DNA of 63,527 nucleotides, the filler included, from Octopus bimaculoides (Eukaryota), in the NCBI RefSeq assembly GCF_001194135.2. It is 6 parts of 6 records of this genome, joined end to end, with 100 filler letters (N's around TTAATTAATTAA, not from the genome) between each part and the next. Parts side by side here need not be neighbours in the genome. Positions count along the whole stretch, not along the records: positions 21,325 to 35,069 come from NC_068994.1; positions 35,170 to 46,209 come from NC_068986.1; 4 more parts are not named here. One strand, 5' to 3'. The notes below the pieces were generated by a model. That model was not told the origin of the DNA. It saw only the letters and a list, made by a program, of their open reading frames with translations, and ran no database searches. Made by a program: the position numbers and the translations under genes. Below, in pieces: positions 26,304 through 39,972 of the stretch; position 1 is the stretch's first letter, and the number at the start of each line of letters is the position of its first letter.

Positions 26304-27385
26304 TGAGGTGGTATCAAAAAGTCCCCAGACTAGTTATGTTTATAATAAAACAACTTATTTGTCTAAGTTTTAATATCATCTCCCTTGAAATAGTCAACTT
26401 GTGCAGCAATACACTGGTCCCAGCGTTCCTTGTCACTTTTGGTATCTGGCCAGGAAGTCATTTTTTGTAAGTAAGTCAAGGACCTTCTACAATTTGCTCT
26501 TGATCTTGACAATGGTGTTAAAACAGCGACCTTTGAGCTGCATTTTCATTTTAGGGAAGAGATGGATGTTTGCAGGTACTAAATCTGGTAAATAGGGCGG
26601 TTGTAGAAGTGATACCATGTTGAGTGAGGAGAGCTCGGTGACAGAGTGCATTGTTGTCATGAAGAACCCAGTTCTTCATACTCCACAAATCTGGCCTCTT
26701 TCACTGAATGTCCTCCCTCAAACACTTCAAAACGTTACAGTAGAATTCTTGATTGACTGTCTGGTCCTGGAGGATGAATTCTTGATGCATAGTGGCAGCT
26801 CTTCCAGATCACTCATTGTCTTCCAGAGATATTCTTCCACTTTCGAAGTGCCCATGTCACTTGAAACATTGTGTACAAGCTATTGCCTTGTCGCCATAAG
26901 CTTGTTGAAGCATGCTCAATGTAAGGTGGCGAGCTGGCAGAAACGTTAGCGCGCCGGGTGAAATGATTAGTGGTATTTCGTCTGCTGCTATGTTCTGAGT
27001 TCAAATTCCGCCGAGGTCGACTTTGCCTTTCATCCTTTCGGGGTCGATTAAATAAGTACCAGTTACACACTGGGGTCGATATAATCGACTTAATCTGTTT
27101 GTCCCCTCTGTGTGTAGCCCCTTGTGGGCAATAAAGAAATAAGAAGCATGCTCAATGTTTCTATGGCAGACTTCCCAAGTTTAACTCAAAATTTCTTGTT
27201 AGCTCTTTGTTCCTGTCCATGACAAAATCACAGACTACAGATTACATGTGATCATCAAAACACTAATTTCATTTGGCACACTGCCTCATGAAGGTCACTG
27301 CTAGCTCTCACTGCGCACGCAACCATGTGCTGCTATCTGTCGGTGTACTACAGAACTAGTCTGGGAACATTTTGATACTACATCG
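26304..27385 (-). mobile_element. Mariner transposon relic, internally deleted, with SINE insertion
   Basis: ~31-bp TIRs (TGAGGTGGTATCAAAAAGTCCCCAGACTAGT vs CGATGTAGTATCAAAATGTTCCCAGACTAGT), TA on both sides; minus translation QPPYLPDLVPANIHLFPKMKMQLKGRCF..ERWDQCIAAQVDYFKGD. Confidence 0.9.
26923..27142 (+). mobile_element. SINE family B, tail B1, young copy
   Basis: Perfect 16-bp TSD GAAGCATGCTCAATGT (26907-26922 and 27143-27158); many CpGs retained. Confidence 0.92.
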
Positions 27386-27727
27386 TACAAGTATTAATTG
27401 GGTGAAATGGTGAAATGTTCACATGAAACAACATAACAGATGGTATGCTGATAAAGAACAAAAAGAATACAGACTCTATCTCCAAGAAAACTGATTCTTT
27501 ATTCTTAATGAGAGTATATTAAGTATACAATTATTCATTTAGTGTCATCAATCTAAAACTCGAAAGTGATTTATCGTTTTCTATGTATATTAAAGAAGCA
27601 TTAAAGTACATAATTTTGTAAAGACACATAAATGGTATTTGTTGGAGCATCAGCATAAACTTAAGTAGCTATTATGGCTAGCCTTGTAATTTTTCAATAA
27701 TTAAGTCTTTCTAATATTAAAAAGAAA

Positions 27728-28355
27728 TAAGGCAGCAAGGTGGCAGAATCGTTAGCTTGCCAGGCAAAATGCTTAGCAATATTTTGTCTGGCTTTATGTT
27801 CTGAGTTTAAATTCCACTCGGGCTGACTTTACCTTTCATTCTTTCAGGGTTCATAAAATAAGTACCAGTTGAACACTAGAGTCAATTTAATTGACTTAGC
27901 TCTTCCCCTTCCCCCAAATCTGTTGGCCTTGTGCCAAAATTTAAAACCAATATTAAAAAGAAATAAGGCAGTGAGCTGGCAGAACCAGGCAAAATGCTTT
28001 GTAGCATTTCATCCATCTCTGAGTTCAAATTCTGCCAAGGTCGACTCTGTCTTTCATCTTTTTGGGGTTAATAAAATAAGTACCAGTTGAACACCAGGGT
28101 TGATGTAATCTACTAAGCCCCTCCACCAAAATTTCTGGTTTTATGCCAAAATTTGAAGTCAATATTCAAAAGAACTTTTAGTGGCATTTTGCCTGTCTTT
28201 AAGTTCTGAGTCCAATTTCTGCTGAGGTTGACTTAGCCTTTTATCCTTTCAGGTTTAATAAAATAAGTACCAGTTGAGCACTAGGGTCAATTTAATCAAC
28301 TTACATCCTCCTTCAAAATTGCTGGCTTTGTGCCAAAATTTGAAACCACTATTAA
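27728..28355 (+). mobile_element. Three head-to-tail SINE family B (B3) copies
   Basis: Three cores ATAAAATAAGTACCAGTTGA; units separated by TATT(A/C)AAAAGAA junctions. Confidence 0.78.
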
Positions 28356-30819
28356 AAAGAAAAACTGGCATATGTCTTTTCAACAGCTTAGAATATCAGT
28401 AACAGCATAGAATATTAAGAAGAATGTTGGTGCAATATTTATGCAGACAAGAGAAGAAGATTGATACAAGGAAAGAAAACTGAGGTGTTAACGTTGTTAA
28501 AAAACAATAATTGATAAACTAGAAAAATTGATTCATTTTAAACATTTATGGAAAGAAAGTAATTGAATTAAGTATCATTGAAATTAAGATCATTATTATC
28601 TTATTATAAATATATCTTCTGGTGTACAAATCAATCAACTGATATTTTACTTATCTTACTCATGTTAAATGGTTTACTTTGTGTGGTTACACCTGTTTAT
28701 AAAATGTTGTCAATGGGTAATTAGCATTAATGGCTTTCTTCTAAAGACAAGAGTTTTGATAGCACATTTTTCTCAGGTATATACATAAAAATAGCAATAA
28801 CTGTGTATAATTAATTAAAGTGCTGAAAGTCATTAAAGAAAATGAGTAAAACTAATATTTCCATTGAACTTGAAAGTTAATTTTGATGTTGTTGTTAGCA
28901 ACAGCATCAAAATTAATTTCCAAAATAAAAGAAAATATTATCAATTTGTCTTCTGCTCTTTAATTATGGCGATAAAAAACATCAATAAACTCTTTGAATA
29001 TGTATTTATCATATTTGTTGGTTTCTGTTGCTTTCTCCATGCCCACAGAAACACTTGAACCTAGCTCTGCAACTATACAACGTTTTGTCAATATTGATGA
29101 ATTGTACATAAACATGGTATTTCATTGCCATTGAATGAACTGAACCATGTCAAATTCAGTGTTTTTCTTGGTCATAAACTCACAGCAGTAACAGAGATAG
29201 GAAATGGACCAATAAACTCAGCAGTCAGCTGTGACTGATTACAGATAACTTCCTCCACTAGTTTGTTCATTTGTTGCTTTTTACTCCAAATTTACTTCTG
29301 TTCAAATTGTAGTGTTTATCTTGCTATTTGACACTTTCTGCTTCTTTTGACTGTTTCATTGTATTGCCTCTTATCATTATAAAACAAAAGTTGTTTTCAT
29401 GGTGAGTTCCATTAGGAAGACATCCTTTACAGGAAGGATAAAATTTATTGCTGAAATATGTAACTAATTTTGCTTTGCAAGTATTATTATTATTTCAAAA
29501 CTAACTTAATTTTCATTCTGCTTTGAATTATTATTATTTTAAGTGAAGTTGTAAACTTATTATGTAATATTTAAAAAATGCTTTCATAAAAACCAAGCCT
29601 CAAGTTTGATATTTGAAAAACCAACAATCACGTTTATGCTAATTGAATACTTACAACTGTTTCCGGACCAAACATTTTTTCTGAAGATTAATTTTCTCTG
29701 AACATACGTTAAATATATCTATTTCATTTTCAATCTCTTAACACTTGGGATATTTCAACAGAAATTGCTTTCAATCAAATATTCAAAAGAGATTAATCAG
29801 GAGGGAAGGAATCGTTAACAGACAATAATGATATACTTTGGGAAAATCTAAATAAATCCAACCAAATAAGCCAATTGGCAGCCAACCAAAACATAATCAA
29901 GTATTGATCTTTTTCAGAAGGAAATGGAAACCAGAATTATGCTAACTTGATACAACCTATATAATATCATAGTCAGCTTACTAAGTAAGAGAACAAAGTA
30001 TAAATAATATGAAAGTAAAATAACACATAAAATAGAAATATAATTAAATCTCTACCAATAAAAGAGAGATGAGAGTGATGATGCTGTTAATGGTGATAAT
30101 GTTGATGGCTTGCATCATTATCTGCATTATTTGTCTTGTTATTATTAATATAGTTTCAGGAAGTGTGGCAGCTAAGACTGTAGATTGTTGTTTGAATACT
30201 TAACTGTAGTATAGTTTACTGTTTTGTATTTCTGAGTTCAAATCTAGACAAAGTCAGGTTTAACTATTGTTTCCTTGAAAGTTGATAGAATAAGCACCAA
30301 TAAGGAACTGAATTGAGACAATCAACTGTACATAACGCACACTATAACACTAACTGCTAAAATACTTGGTAGAGAACACAAAACTGGTTAGAGAATAGGG
30401 TAACTTCTGACAAAGCATGCAAATGCTCAATGAATGAAATTAAAACGGAATAAAACCAGAAATAGAACTTGAAAATTCTAACTTTGAAAACAACAGCACT
30501 TGATGGCACTTATAGAGAAAGCCTGGTTACAACAATTTAACAATACAGGCTAGCGGTAATTAAACAGTTTAGTAGAAGAATCCCCTTTGACTGATGAAGA
30601 TACTCTCTTGGTGATGGGAGGTTTTATAACGTGATGAGCCGAATGTAGAATAAGTTGATGTAAACCAGCATTGTAATGAGAACCAAAGTGTGAATCCAAC
30701 GGCAAGGCTTACTGAGATGAGAGACAGATTCTGATCCGAAGCTGAACTAGATGGATCTGGTACCTATTCCCAGTGAAAGCAAAGTGAATTGAAGCATCAT
30801 CATCATCATCATCATCATA

Positions 30820-31200
30820 ATTCTACTAAAGGCACAAGGCCTGAAATTTTGGGGGAGGGGATAAGTTGATAATATCAACCCCAGCGGGATTTGAACTCAA
30901 AACGTAAACACAAATGATATACTGCTAGGCATTTTGCCTGGTGTACTAACAATTCTGCCAGCTCGTTGACTTAAATAATAATAATAATGGTTTCAAATTT
31001 TTCCACAAGGGCACCCATTTTGGGGGAGGGATGAGTTGATTACATCGACTCCAGTGTTCAACTGTTACTTATTTTATCGAACCCCGAAAGGATGAAAGGT
31101 AAAGTTGACCTCAGCAGAATTTGAACTCAGAATGTAGTGGCGGGCAAAATACAACTAAGCATTTTGTCCAATGCGCTAACGATTCTGCCAGCTCGCCACC

Positions 31201-31202
<2 letters not shown>
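30820..31202 (-). mobile_element. Two tandem SINE family B copies (B2 with deletion, then B3) separated by (AAT)n
   Basis: Two heads and two different tails; long (AAT)n at ~31203-31267. Confidence 0.78.
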
Positions 31203-31252
<50 letters not shown>

Positions 31253-31678
31253 TAATAATAATAATAATGTTTATAGTAGTGGTGGTGTTAATCATAGTCC
31301 ACCTTCTCATCTTCATCATCTGAATTATTGTCATTGTCATCATTATAGCAGATGACAGCAATAATGAAGAATGCCATCGTTAGTATTGCTATTATTAATT
31401 GTATTGAGTACAGATCAAAATTTGTCATGTGAAATCTGAACCAATTTACTAATTGGAATGCATCTCCTTGTAGTACACCAAGTTGGCTGCATTTAAAGCA
31501 CTGAAGTTTTTGACATTCCAGTTATGAGGTTGCACACTTAGGACACACATACACATACAATTAATATGAATTTATAGAAAACTTTTTTCTACCCCATCCT
31601 TTACATTTCAAGATTCTGATGGTTGGAAATGAAAGGAAATTAGATGGAAATAAAACAGAAAAATATGTAAATAAATAA

Positions 31679-31727
<49 letters not shown>

Positions 31728-32246
31728 TATATACACTCACCTGTTTTTTTTAAGTTTTAAAACAATTTTTTTCCTACGTGTTGGGATAACAATTGAAATA
31801 TTTTCTACGTGTGCCTTCTGAAATNNNNNNNNNNNNNNNNNNNNNNNNNNNNNNNNNNNNNNNNNNNNNNNNNNNNNNNNNNNNNNNNNNNNNNNNNNNN
31901 NNNNNNNNNNNNNNNNNNNNNNNNNNNNNNNNNNNNNNNNNNNNNNNNNNNNNNNNNNNNNNNNNNNNNNNNNNNNNNNNNNNNNNNNNNNNNNNNNNNN
32001 NNNNNNNNNNNNNNNNNNNNNNNNNNNNNNNNNNNNNNNNNNNNNNNNNNNNNNNNNNNNNNNNNNNNNNNNNNNNNNNNNNNNNNNNNNNNNNNNNNNN
32101 NNNNNNNNNNNNNNNNNNNNNNNNNNNNNNNNNNNNNNNNNNNNNNNNNNNNNNNNNNNNNNNNNNNNNNNNNNNNNNNNNNNNNNNNNNNNNNNNNNNN
32201 NNNNNNNNNNNNNNNNNNNNNNNNNNNNNNNNNNNNNNNNNNNNNN

Positions 32247-32563
32247 GCGTTGTGAGTGTTTATTGAGCGAAAACACCTAAAGCTCCACTAGGCTCCGGCA
32301 GGGGATGGTGGCGAACCCTGCTGTATTCTTTCACCACAACTTTCTCTCACTCTTACTTCCTGTTTCTGTTGCGCCTGTAATTCAAAGGGTCAGCCTTGTC
32401 ACACTGTGTCACACTGAATATCCCCGAGAACTATGTTAAGTGTACACGTGTCTGTGGAGTGCTCAGCCACTTGCACGTTAATTTCACGAGCAGGCTGTTC
32501 CGTTGATTGAATCAACTGGAACCCTCGACGTCGTAAGCGACAGAGTGCCAGCTACAACAACAA
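32247..32563 (+). mobile_element. SINE family C; head lost in the gap
   Basis: Closely matches the body and tail of 25827-26216. Confidence 0.88.
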
Positions 32564-32956
32564 TGGGGTGAACTAACCCCTGATCAAATTCTAAATCAGT
32601 ACCTCACACTCCTTCTTAGAAGGAAGTGCTGAAGAAAACATTAAAGTTCTCCTTTAATTTTCTTAATGATTTTTCAGATGAAGAAGCGTAATGCCTGGAA
32701 CTCTTTATAGGGGTCCAATTTAGTAGGAAGGAATTATACCTCTAGCCAACACATTGAATTTTATTTGCCCCAGTTTGCCCAGTGAGAGTATAGGAAACAA
32801 CAGCCCCGACAAAAATAAGTTACTAGTCACATATTTCTGTCACTAAGATTTTGCTTCGACTAGTTTAATACAACAGAATCCAATAACAGCAGCACTAGAG
32901 ACTCCTGTAATTCATGGAAAGATATAGCACTTAGAATAAAATAAGTTATATCTTAT

Positions 32957-33338
32957 CTTGTACTTGTTTCAGTCATTAGGCTGTGGCCATGCTGGGGCAC
33001 CGCCTTGAAGAACTTTTAGTCGAACAAATCGATCCCAGTACTCATTTTTTTGTTTTCAAGCCTAGTACTTATTCTATTAGTCTTGTTTTCCAAACTGCTA
33101 AGCTATAGGGACATAAACACACCACCACCGGTTGTTAAGCAGTGATGGGGGACAAACAAACACAAAGACACACACACGATGAGCTTCTTTCAGTTTCCAT
33201 CTTCCAGATCCACTCAGAAGGCTTTGTCGGCCAGAGGCTATAGTAGAAGACACTTGCCAAAAGTGCCACGCAGTGGGACCGAACCTGGAACAAGTGGTTG
33301 GAAAGTTAACTTCTGACCACACAGTCATGCCTGCACCT
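32957..33338 (-). mobile_element. SINE family A, full length, partly CpG-decayed
   Basis: Tail, body and head in reverse orientation. Confidence 0.82.
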
Positions 33339-33761
33339 GATATAATAACAATATTATATTGTTTTGGAACAAGTCCATTTTTTTTAAGGTGATGTAATTG
33401 GATTCAGTATAATACTGGCCAGGAAAGAGTGAAATGAGTGGGCATTTTATTGAGTTTCTAGGCAGGGCTTTTTGTTCCTCAGATCTGTAGCCATAAATAA
33501 TAGATAGACCATTTTAGAAAAGATCAATATGGTTGATCATCAAGAATAACTAATTGTGATGTGTTAAGCAATTATCTCTGTTAATCACACCATGATAAAT
33601 GTTCAGTCTTTCTTTTATTTCATATACACACATGCATGCAAACACACACACACACACATACATTACTTTTAAGCAACAGAAAGTTACAGTGTATGAAACT
33701 CTTGGTCTTTGAGTCAGTTTTGCAATTTAGTGCTGATCAAATACACACACACACACACACA

Positions 33762-33799
<38 letters not shown>

Positions 33800-34234
33800 A
33801 GGCATATATAAGTTGTAGATATGACTGTGTGGTTAAGGAGAGTGTGTGCTTAAGATAGTTTGTGAATCCACCAAATTGTTGTGTTTTTTTTTCTCTGTAC
33901 AGAATTGTAATTAGAACACTAAGATGGTTACTTGAAAACACAAAATAATGTTGTTGTTGTTGTTTTGCCCCAGGTAAGCTCTAATGAAGCAGACCTGAGA
34001 TCAAAGGCATTCCAGCCACATTTTTATATTCAATTTTATATCTAAGTACCATATTTAACATATAATACATCTTTAGGCTACAAGTGAAACCATAATATAG
34101 AATTTTATTACTTTCCTTTTTGTAAGTATATCAAATTTCCTTAATAGAATACAGCAATCAAAACACAAGTACAGATAGATGTAAGTCTGATAAATTTATT
34201 CTAATTGAACCAATGCTACTTTATTCTCAATATC

Positions 34235-34470
34235 ATTGTTTTAATGTCCACTTTTCCATGCTTGCATGGGTTAGGTGGAATTCATTGAATCAGATATTCT
34301 ATGGACAGATGCCTTTCCTGTCACCAACCTTTACCTGTTTTGAAGGAAGGTGATATTTTTCCATGGTCGAACATATTTTCACAGAAGATTGGAAATTAAT
34401 GACACCACTTGTAAGACAGTGGTGCTTGTTTACAACTACTAAGAGATATCAAGATAAGAAGATACACAGA
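34235..34470 (-). mobile_element. SINE family D body with RTE-like tail
   Basis: Reverse complement matches 50380-50630 and 53275-53523 (CCCATGCAAGCATGGAAAA..GGACATTAAAA..TGA). Confidence 0.65.
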
Positions 34471-34593
34471 CACATATGCATACATATATATCTAGATATA
34501 TACAATATTGTATGGTATTAATATCAGTATACCCACTCTATTGATAAATGTACAAGTGCTTGTTTTTGTTCTGACTCATACATTCTTAGACAA

Positions 34594-34627
<34 letters not shown>

Positions 34628-34774
34628 CAGTCAGCATTCATATACCTGAAAAAGAAGCACAATCTAAGACATTAAAGCAGTAGTATATTTAGGTTTATGT
34701 TATGGCCAGTCAGTGACCATCACTCACTCTCTGACCGGCCACAACAAACAACCTTCTAAGTATATATATCATCT

Positions 34775-35069
34775 TCACATTCATTGTTTAACGTCCGCTT
34801 TCCCTGCTAGCATGGGTTGGACGATTTGACTGAGGACTGGTGAACCAGATAGCTACATCAGGCTCCAATCTGATTTGGCAGAGTTTCTACAGCTGGATGC
34901 CCTTCCTAACACCAAACACTCCTAGAGTGTAGTGGGTGCTTTTACGTGTCACCCGCACGAAAACGGCCACGCTCGAAATGGTGTCTTTTATGTGCCACCC
35001 GCACAAGAGCCAGTCCAGGGGCACTGGCAACGATCTTACTTGGCTTGCCGGGTCTTCTCACGCACACCT
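34775..35069 (-). mobile_element. Family E retroelement 3' end (AGGAAGGGCATCCAG domain, RTE-like tail)
   Basis: Minus strand TTAGGAAGGGCATCCAGCTGTAGAAAC..CCATGCTAGCAGGGAAAGCGGACGTTAAAC. Confidence 0.75.
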
Positions 35070-35169
35070 NNNNNNNNNNNNNNNNNNNNNNNNNNNNNNN
35101 NNNNNNNNNNNNNTTAATTAATTAANNNNNNNNNNNNNNNNNNNNNNNNNNNNNNNNNNNNNNNNNNNN
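35070..35169. other. Artificial 100-bp assembly linker 3
   Basis: 44 N + TTAATTAATTAA (35114-35125) + 44 N. Confidence 0.95.
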
Positions 35170-35213
35170 TATATATATATACATATATATACATATACAT
35201 ACATATATAAATT

Positions 35214-35611
35214 TTTTTTCTTTTACTTGTTTCAGTCATTTGACTGTCGCCATGCTGGAGCACCGCCGTTAGTCGAGCAAATCGATCCCAGGACTTATTC
35301 TTTGTAAGCCTAGTACTTATTCTCTCGGTCTCTTTTGCCGAACCCTTAAGTTACGGGGGTGTAAATGCACCAGCATCGGTTGTCAAGTGATGCTGGGAGG
35401 ACAAACACAGATACATACATACATACATACATACAAATTGGTCGTGTTATTATTGCAAACATCAGTTTCCATCTGCCAAATTCATTCACAAGGCTTTGGT
35501 CAGCCCGAAGCTGTAGTAGAAGACAGTTGCCCAATACTCCACGCAGTCCGACTGAACCCGGTTCCATGTGGTTGCGAAGCAAGCTTCTTACCCGCAGCCA
35601 CTCCTGAGCCT
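35214..35611 (-). mobile_element. SINE family A, full length
   Basis: Tail, body and head in reverse orientation. Confidence 0.85.
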
Positions 35612-35623
35612 ATTTATATATAA

Positions 35624-35685
<62 letters not shown>

Positions 35686-35695
35686 ATGTATATAG

Positions 35696-35728
<33 letters not shown>

Positions 35729-35782
35729 ATATATATATGCACCCACAAACATACACTCCTTATGTATATATGCATATATATC

Positions 35783-35957
35783 AATACTCTTTACTCTTTT
35801 ACCGCCTTTAGTCGAGCAAATCGACCCCAGGACTTATTCTTTGTAAGCCTAGTACTTATTCTATCGGTCACTTTTGCTGAACCGCTAGGTTACGGGGACA
35901 TAAACACACCACCATCGGTTGTCAAGCGATGTTGGGGGGACAAACAGAGACACACAA

Positions 35958-35988
<31 letters not shown>

Positions 35989-36159
35989 CATATATACGAC
36001 GGGCTTCTTTCTGTTTCCGTCTACCAAATCCACTCACAAGGCTTTGGTCGGCCCGAGGCTATAGTAGAAGACACTTGCCCAATGTGCCACGCAGTAGGAC
36101 TAACCCAGAACCATGTGGTTGGTAAGCAAGCTACTTACCACACAGCCACTCCTGCGCCT
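35783..36159 (-). mobile_element. SINE family A, near full length, CpG-rich
   Basis: Close to the other CpG-intact copies; deletion in the tail. Confidence 0.87.
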
Positions 36160-37103
36160 ATGAATAAATATTTTTAAAATATTTATAAAGATATCTTTAA
36201 TTATTATTATTAGTAAAATAAATAATAATAACAAAAAAGCCGACAAATGGCAAATCCCAAATTTTATAATTGATTTATAATTATAATTGGGCACATGAGT
36301 TGATTGATGACATTGCTGTAAAAATCTAAGTCGAAAAATCTTCCAGTGCACCAACAATCAGTTGAAATACAACAGAAATCGGGCGACGAGCAAAGAAATT
36401 AACTTACCATTTCGGCAGAAAGCCGCAGAACGAGGAAATAGATATCACTGGATCACTCGTTATGTGCGTGCGTGCGTGTGTGTGTGTGTCTTCGGCTGCA
36501 TGTGTGTGGCAAGAAAAGACTGTGTTAATTGCAAGTGTATGTGTTTGAAAATGTAAATCTGGGTGCATGTGTTTGTGAACATTTGTGAATGTGTGAACAT
36601 GCGTATTTGTGTATATCTGTGTTTAAATGTCTGTGTGTTCAAACGTATCTATGTGTCTGATTATCTAAGCTTGTTCGCGCTCGCTCCTGTGTATTTGTTT
36701 TCTGCTGTTTGGGGCATGTAATTGGATCTTACGTCACGGCAGAAAGAGGCGTTGACGACTGTCGTTCAATACTGTAGGCAAAAACATCTTTTTCTTCGTG
36801 GAAATTCCTGATTCCTGTAGATGTCTGTGTGAGATACTTGGTTACCTGTACTCGAAGTGAAGATCAGTGTAATAAATCAAGAATTTATCTCATACATATA
36901 TATGAGAGTTATTGATATCCAGAAGACCCAAGATAGCAAGTAAGGCTATGTAAATGCTATGGAAGTACCGTAGTTAGGCTCTCGGTTCGATAATAATACG
37001 AATGAGGACTCTAATGCGGGTCTTGTGTGAGCATGCGTATCTTAAATAAAATGAGACAACAAAGCTGTGTGGAATTTTTAGGACATTTATAAAGAGAAGG
37101 GTA

Positions 37104-37151
37104 GTCTTGCAGCTATTTCTGAGATATTAGGGAACTCCCTTCATGAGAGAC
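37104..37151 (-). ncRNA. Degenerate minimal type I hammerhead-ribozyme-like motif
   Basis: Minus strand GTCT-CTCATGA-A-GGGA..TCTC-A-GAAA-TAGCTG-CA-AGAC: stem I GTCT/AGAC, core resembling CTGATGA and GAAA, near-palindromic stem III; three substitutions from an active core. Confidence 0.4.
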
Positions 37152-37219
37152 GTTACGAGAGAGTTAAATAGAGGGAAATAGTATAGTTCAATATAAGGGG
37201 TTATTTTGGAAAAGGATGG

Positions 37220-37253
<34 letters not shown>

Positions 37254-38433
37254 GACCCAAGGATCTAAATGTAGGAAGTTAGCAGGCTTAGAGCAGACGC
37301 TAGTAGGTATAAAAATAACCTTCAAGAAGAATAATAACTTATTGATATCGAATATTTTTCCCATATCGAAGTTCGATAAACTGAGAAAAATTTTTACAGC
37401 TCACGGTTCGCAACTTCAGTTGCTATGAATGCGAATAAAAATCCAAATTGTGGGAGCAGAGGCGGTAAAATTCAGGTTACAAATGTTTCCGAGCTAGGAG
37501 ATCCTCTGATGTCATAATTACTCACCGGGGGGAGGGAGGTACTCAGGTAGCTGCTCATCTGCCTGAGTATACCTTAGTTATATGAAGGTTACATTGTCGT
37601 TAAGGAATCCTAAGTTACCTCGCCGAAGATACAATTTTCAAATCATATATATTATCGATCGCACATACATTGTGTATTCTGTTTTGTTTATACACCGAAT
37701 TTGCTGCGGGACAGTGTCTGGTATATCTGCTGATACAACGCCGAGTGTTAAAGAACACCTGAATGTCATAGACCAGGCTAGACAACACGCCTCGGTTGGA
37801 ATCCGAGAATGGTAGATACCGATATTTAGCCATTATTTTGGCTAATCAATACCACGAACTTGAATCAAACCGAAAGGAATGAAATCTCTTGTCTATTGCA
37901 GATACAAATAAAGTGAAAAAAATATTTGCTGGTGTGCTGCGGTATAGCACATATATACAAGTAAATTAAATTAAGATTGGGAAGCATCATTGTCATGTGT
38001 TGAGAGGAATTCATTACCGTTTGAATAATACATCCTTGGAAACATGGGTATTTCCTTCATCATCATTAAACAGTTGTTATTCAAGGAGCTTTTGTGTGGA
38101 ATGGGCTATACGACTGTAGAAAATTCTGACTGAGTCCCATCGGCAAGGCCATGAGCTCTTTAGCTTTATATGAAGTCACAATGCCGCCCCTATGTCGCAC
38201 ACGTATTGTTGTGATGCACGTGCCTGGTGTGCCCTTATCAGGTGGATAGTCAAGATGGGTATGTTGGGCATCGTATGTTGGGCATCGTACCCCAGTGTCA
38301 CTTTCATGGCGTGTGCTGCTCTAATAATAGTAATAATAATGATAATAATTCCTCACATAGTTTGAGACATTTGATATAAGATAGAGACGAAAGCAGACAC
38401 ATACACAAATACATACCTATCATTCATATATGC

Positions 38434-38474
<41 letters not shown>

Positions 38475-38552
38475 TGTGTGTGTATGTATACATAAGTAGA
38501 GAGAGAAAGGAAGACAGACAGACAGACAGACAGATAGACAGACAGAGAAGAC

Positions 38553-38633
<81 letters not shown>

Positions 38634-39398
38634 CTCACATTGACACATAAAAACATGCATGCATGATTATGCAAGTGTATTTTGAAACATGTATGTGCGT
38701 GTATATGTGAGCTGTTGTATTTGAGTTTTGTTGCTTAATAGCGATACTGCATGTTAATCATTGTCGTTTCGTTTAACCTCTGTTAGCCAATTTAATGTTG
38801 AGCCTTTCATATTTTTCCGTCAGTTAGTTTGGTTCGTTTCGGAAGGAAGTACATCACGCTTCCTGAATTTAGAAACGGGAACTGAATTTCCCAGCCAGAT
38901 CTTTTACCAGAGGCCAATTAATGAACATAATATGGGAATATTTCATTAGTTAATGAGACAATGGACGGACATATGGAGATTGAAACGCAGTCAATAATAT
39001 CACGACTTCTTCATTGGCACAAGACTAAAATTGTTCCAGACCATATAATGTGTAAAAATGGTACTTGCTTTTATCGATTCCGCAGAGATAAAAGGAAAAG
39101 GGCAAAGATGCCTCAAGCATCGTATGACATCAGAGTGGTGGGCACAGATGAAAAATAACTAAAGACTCTATAACGTTCAGTTTATCAAGCGTTCTCACCT
39201 CTACCAGTTGTTATCTGCGTCACTCTCGCCCTCTCTCTGTTTCCTGTTTTTTTCACCCTCGAGCACCAACTCTCTCTCTCTCTCTCTCTCTCTCTCACGC
39301 ACACACATACATATATATATATATACACATATACACATATATGCATATATATGTATGTATATATGAATATATGTATGTATATATGCATATATGTATAC

Positions 39399-39437
<39 letters not shown>

Positions 39438-39834
39438 CATACATACATATATAAATGCGCACACAGACATATTTGTATATACGCACACACATTTACAAAC
39501 ACACATATATATGTGTATATACACACGCACACACACACACGCGCACACGCGCACACGTATATACATGTATAATGTTTGTTTTCATGTCAAATTATAGATA
39601 AAACCAATTTGACATTAAGCTGAAGATTTATTCTGCATTATTTTATAACATTATATTCATATATAAATATAAATTTTCACTTGCAAATGTTTGACAGTGA
39701 CTCCGAATTTTCGATTTTCAAGCCGATATCCAACAAAGTGACGGCAGCTGACAAGCTTAAACTCCGAAGTTTACTGTTAGCCATTTTCTTTCAAATGTGA
39801 TTGTGCGCGTACATACATTCATACATACACACGC

Positions 39835-39972
39835 TAGTACTTAAATAATCGATCCCACAAAAGACGAAAGGCAAAGTCGACATTGGCAGAATTTGAACTC
39901 AGAACATAAAGACGGACGAAATGCCGCTAAGCACTTTGTCCAGCGTGCTAAAGATTCTGCCAGTTCACCACC
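39835..39972 (-). mobile_element. SINE family B head and core
   Basis: GGCAAAGTCGAC..ATTTGAACTCAGAAC..GATTCTGCCAG. Confidence 0.78.

Noticed and set aside
28861-29400. Coding-looking minus-strand stretch
   Set aside because: Multiple stops and no diagnostic motif; possibly a decayed element
29654-29700. Strong minus-strand donor (GTT|GTAAGTA) as an extra exon of the hidden gene
   Set aside because: No acceptor gives a phase 1-1 open exon
36730-36815. 82-nt minus-strand exon-like stretch in segment D
   Set aside because: Splice sites are plausible, but there is no frame-compatible partner or recognisable product
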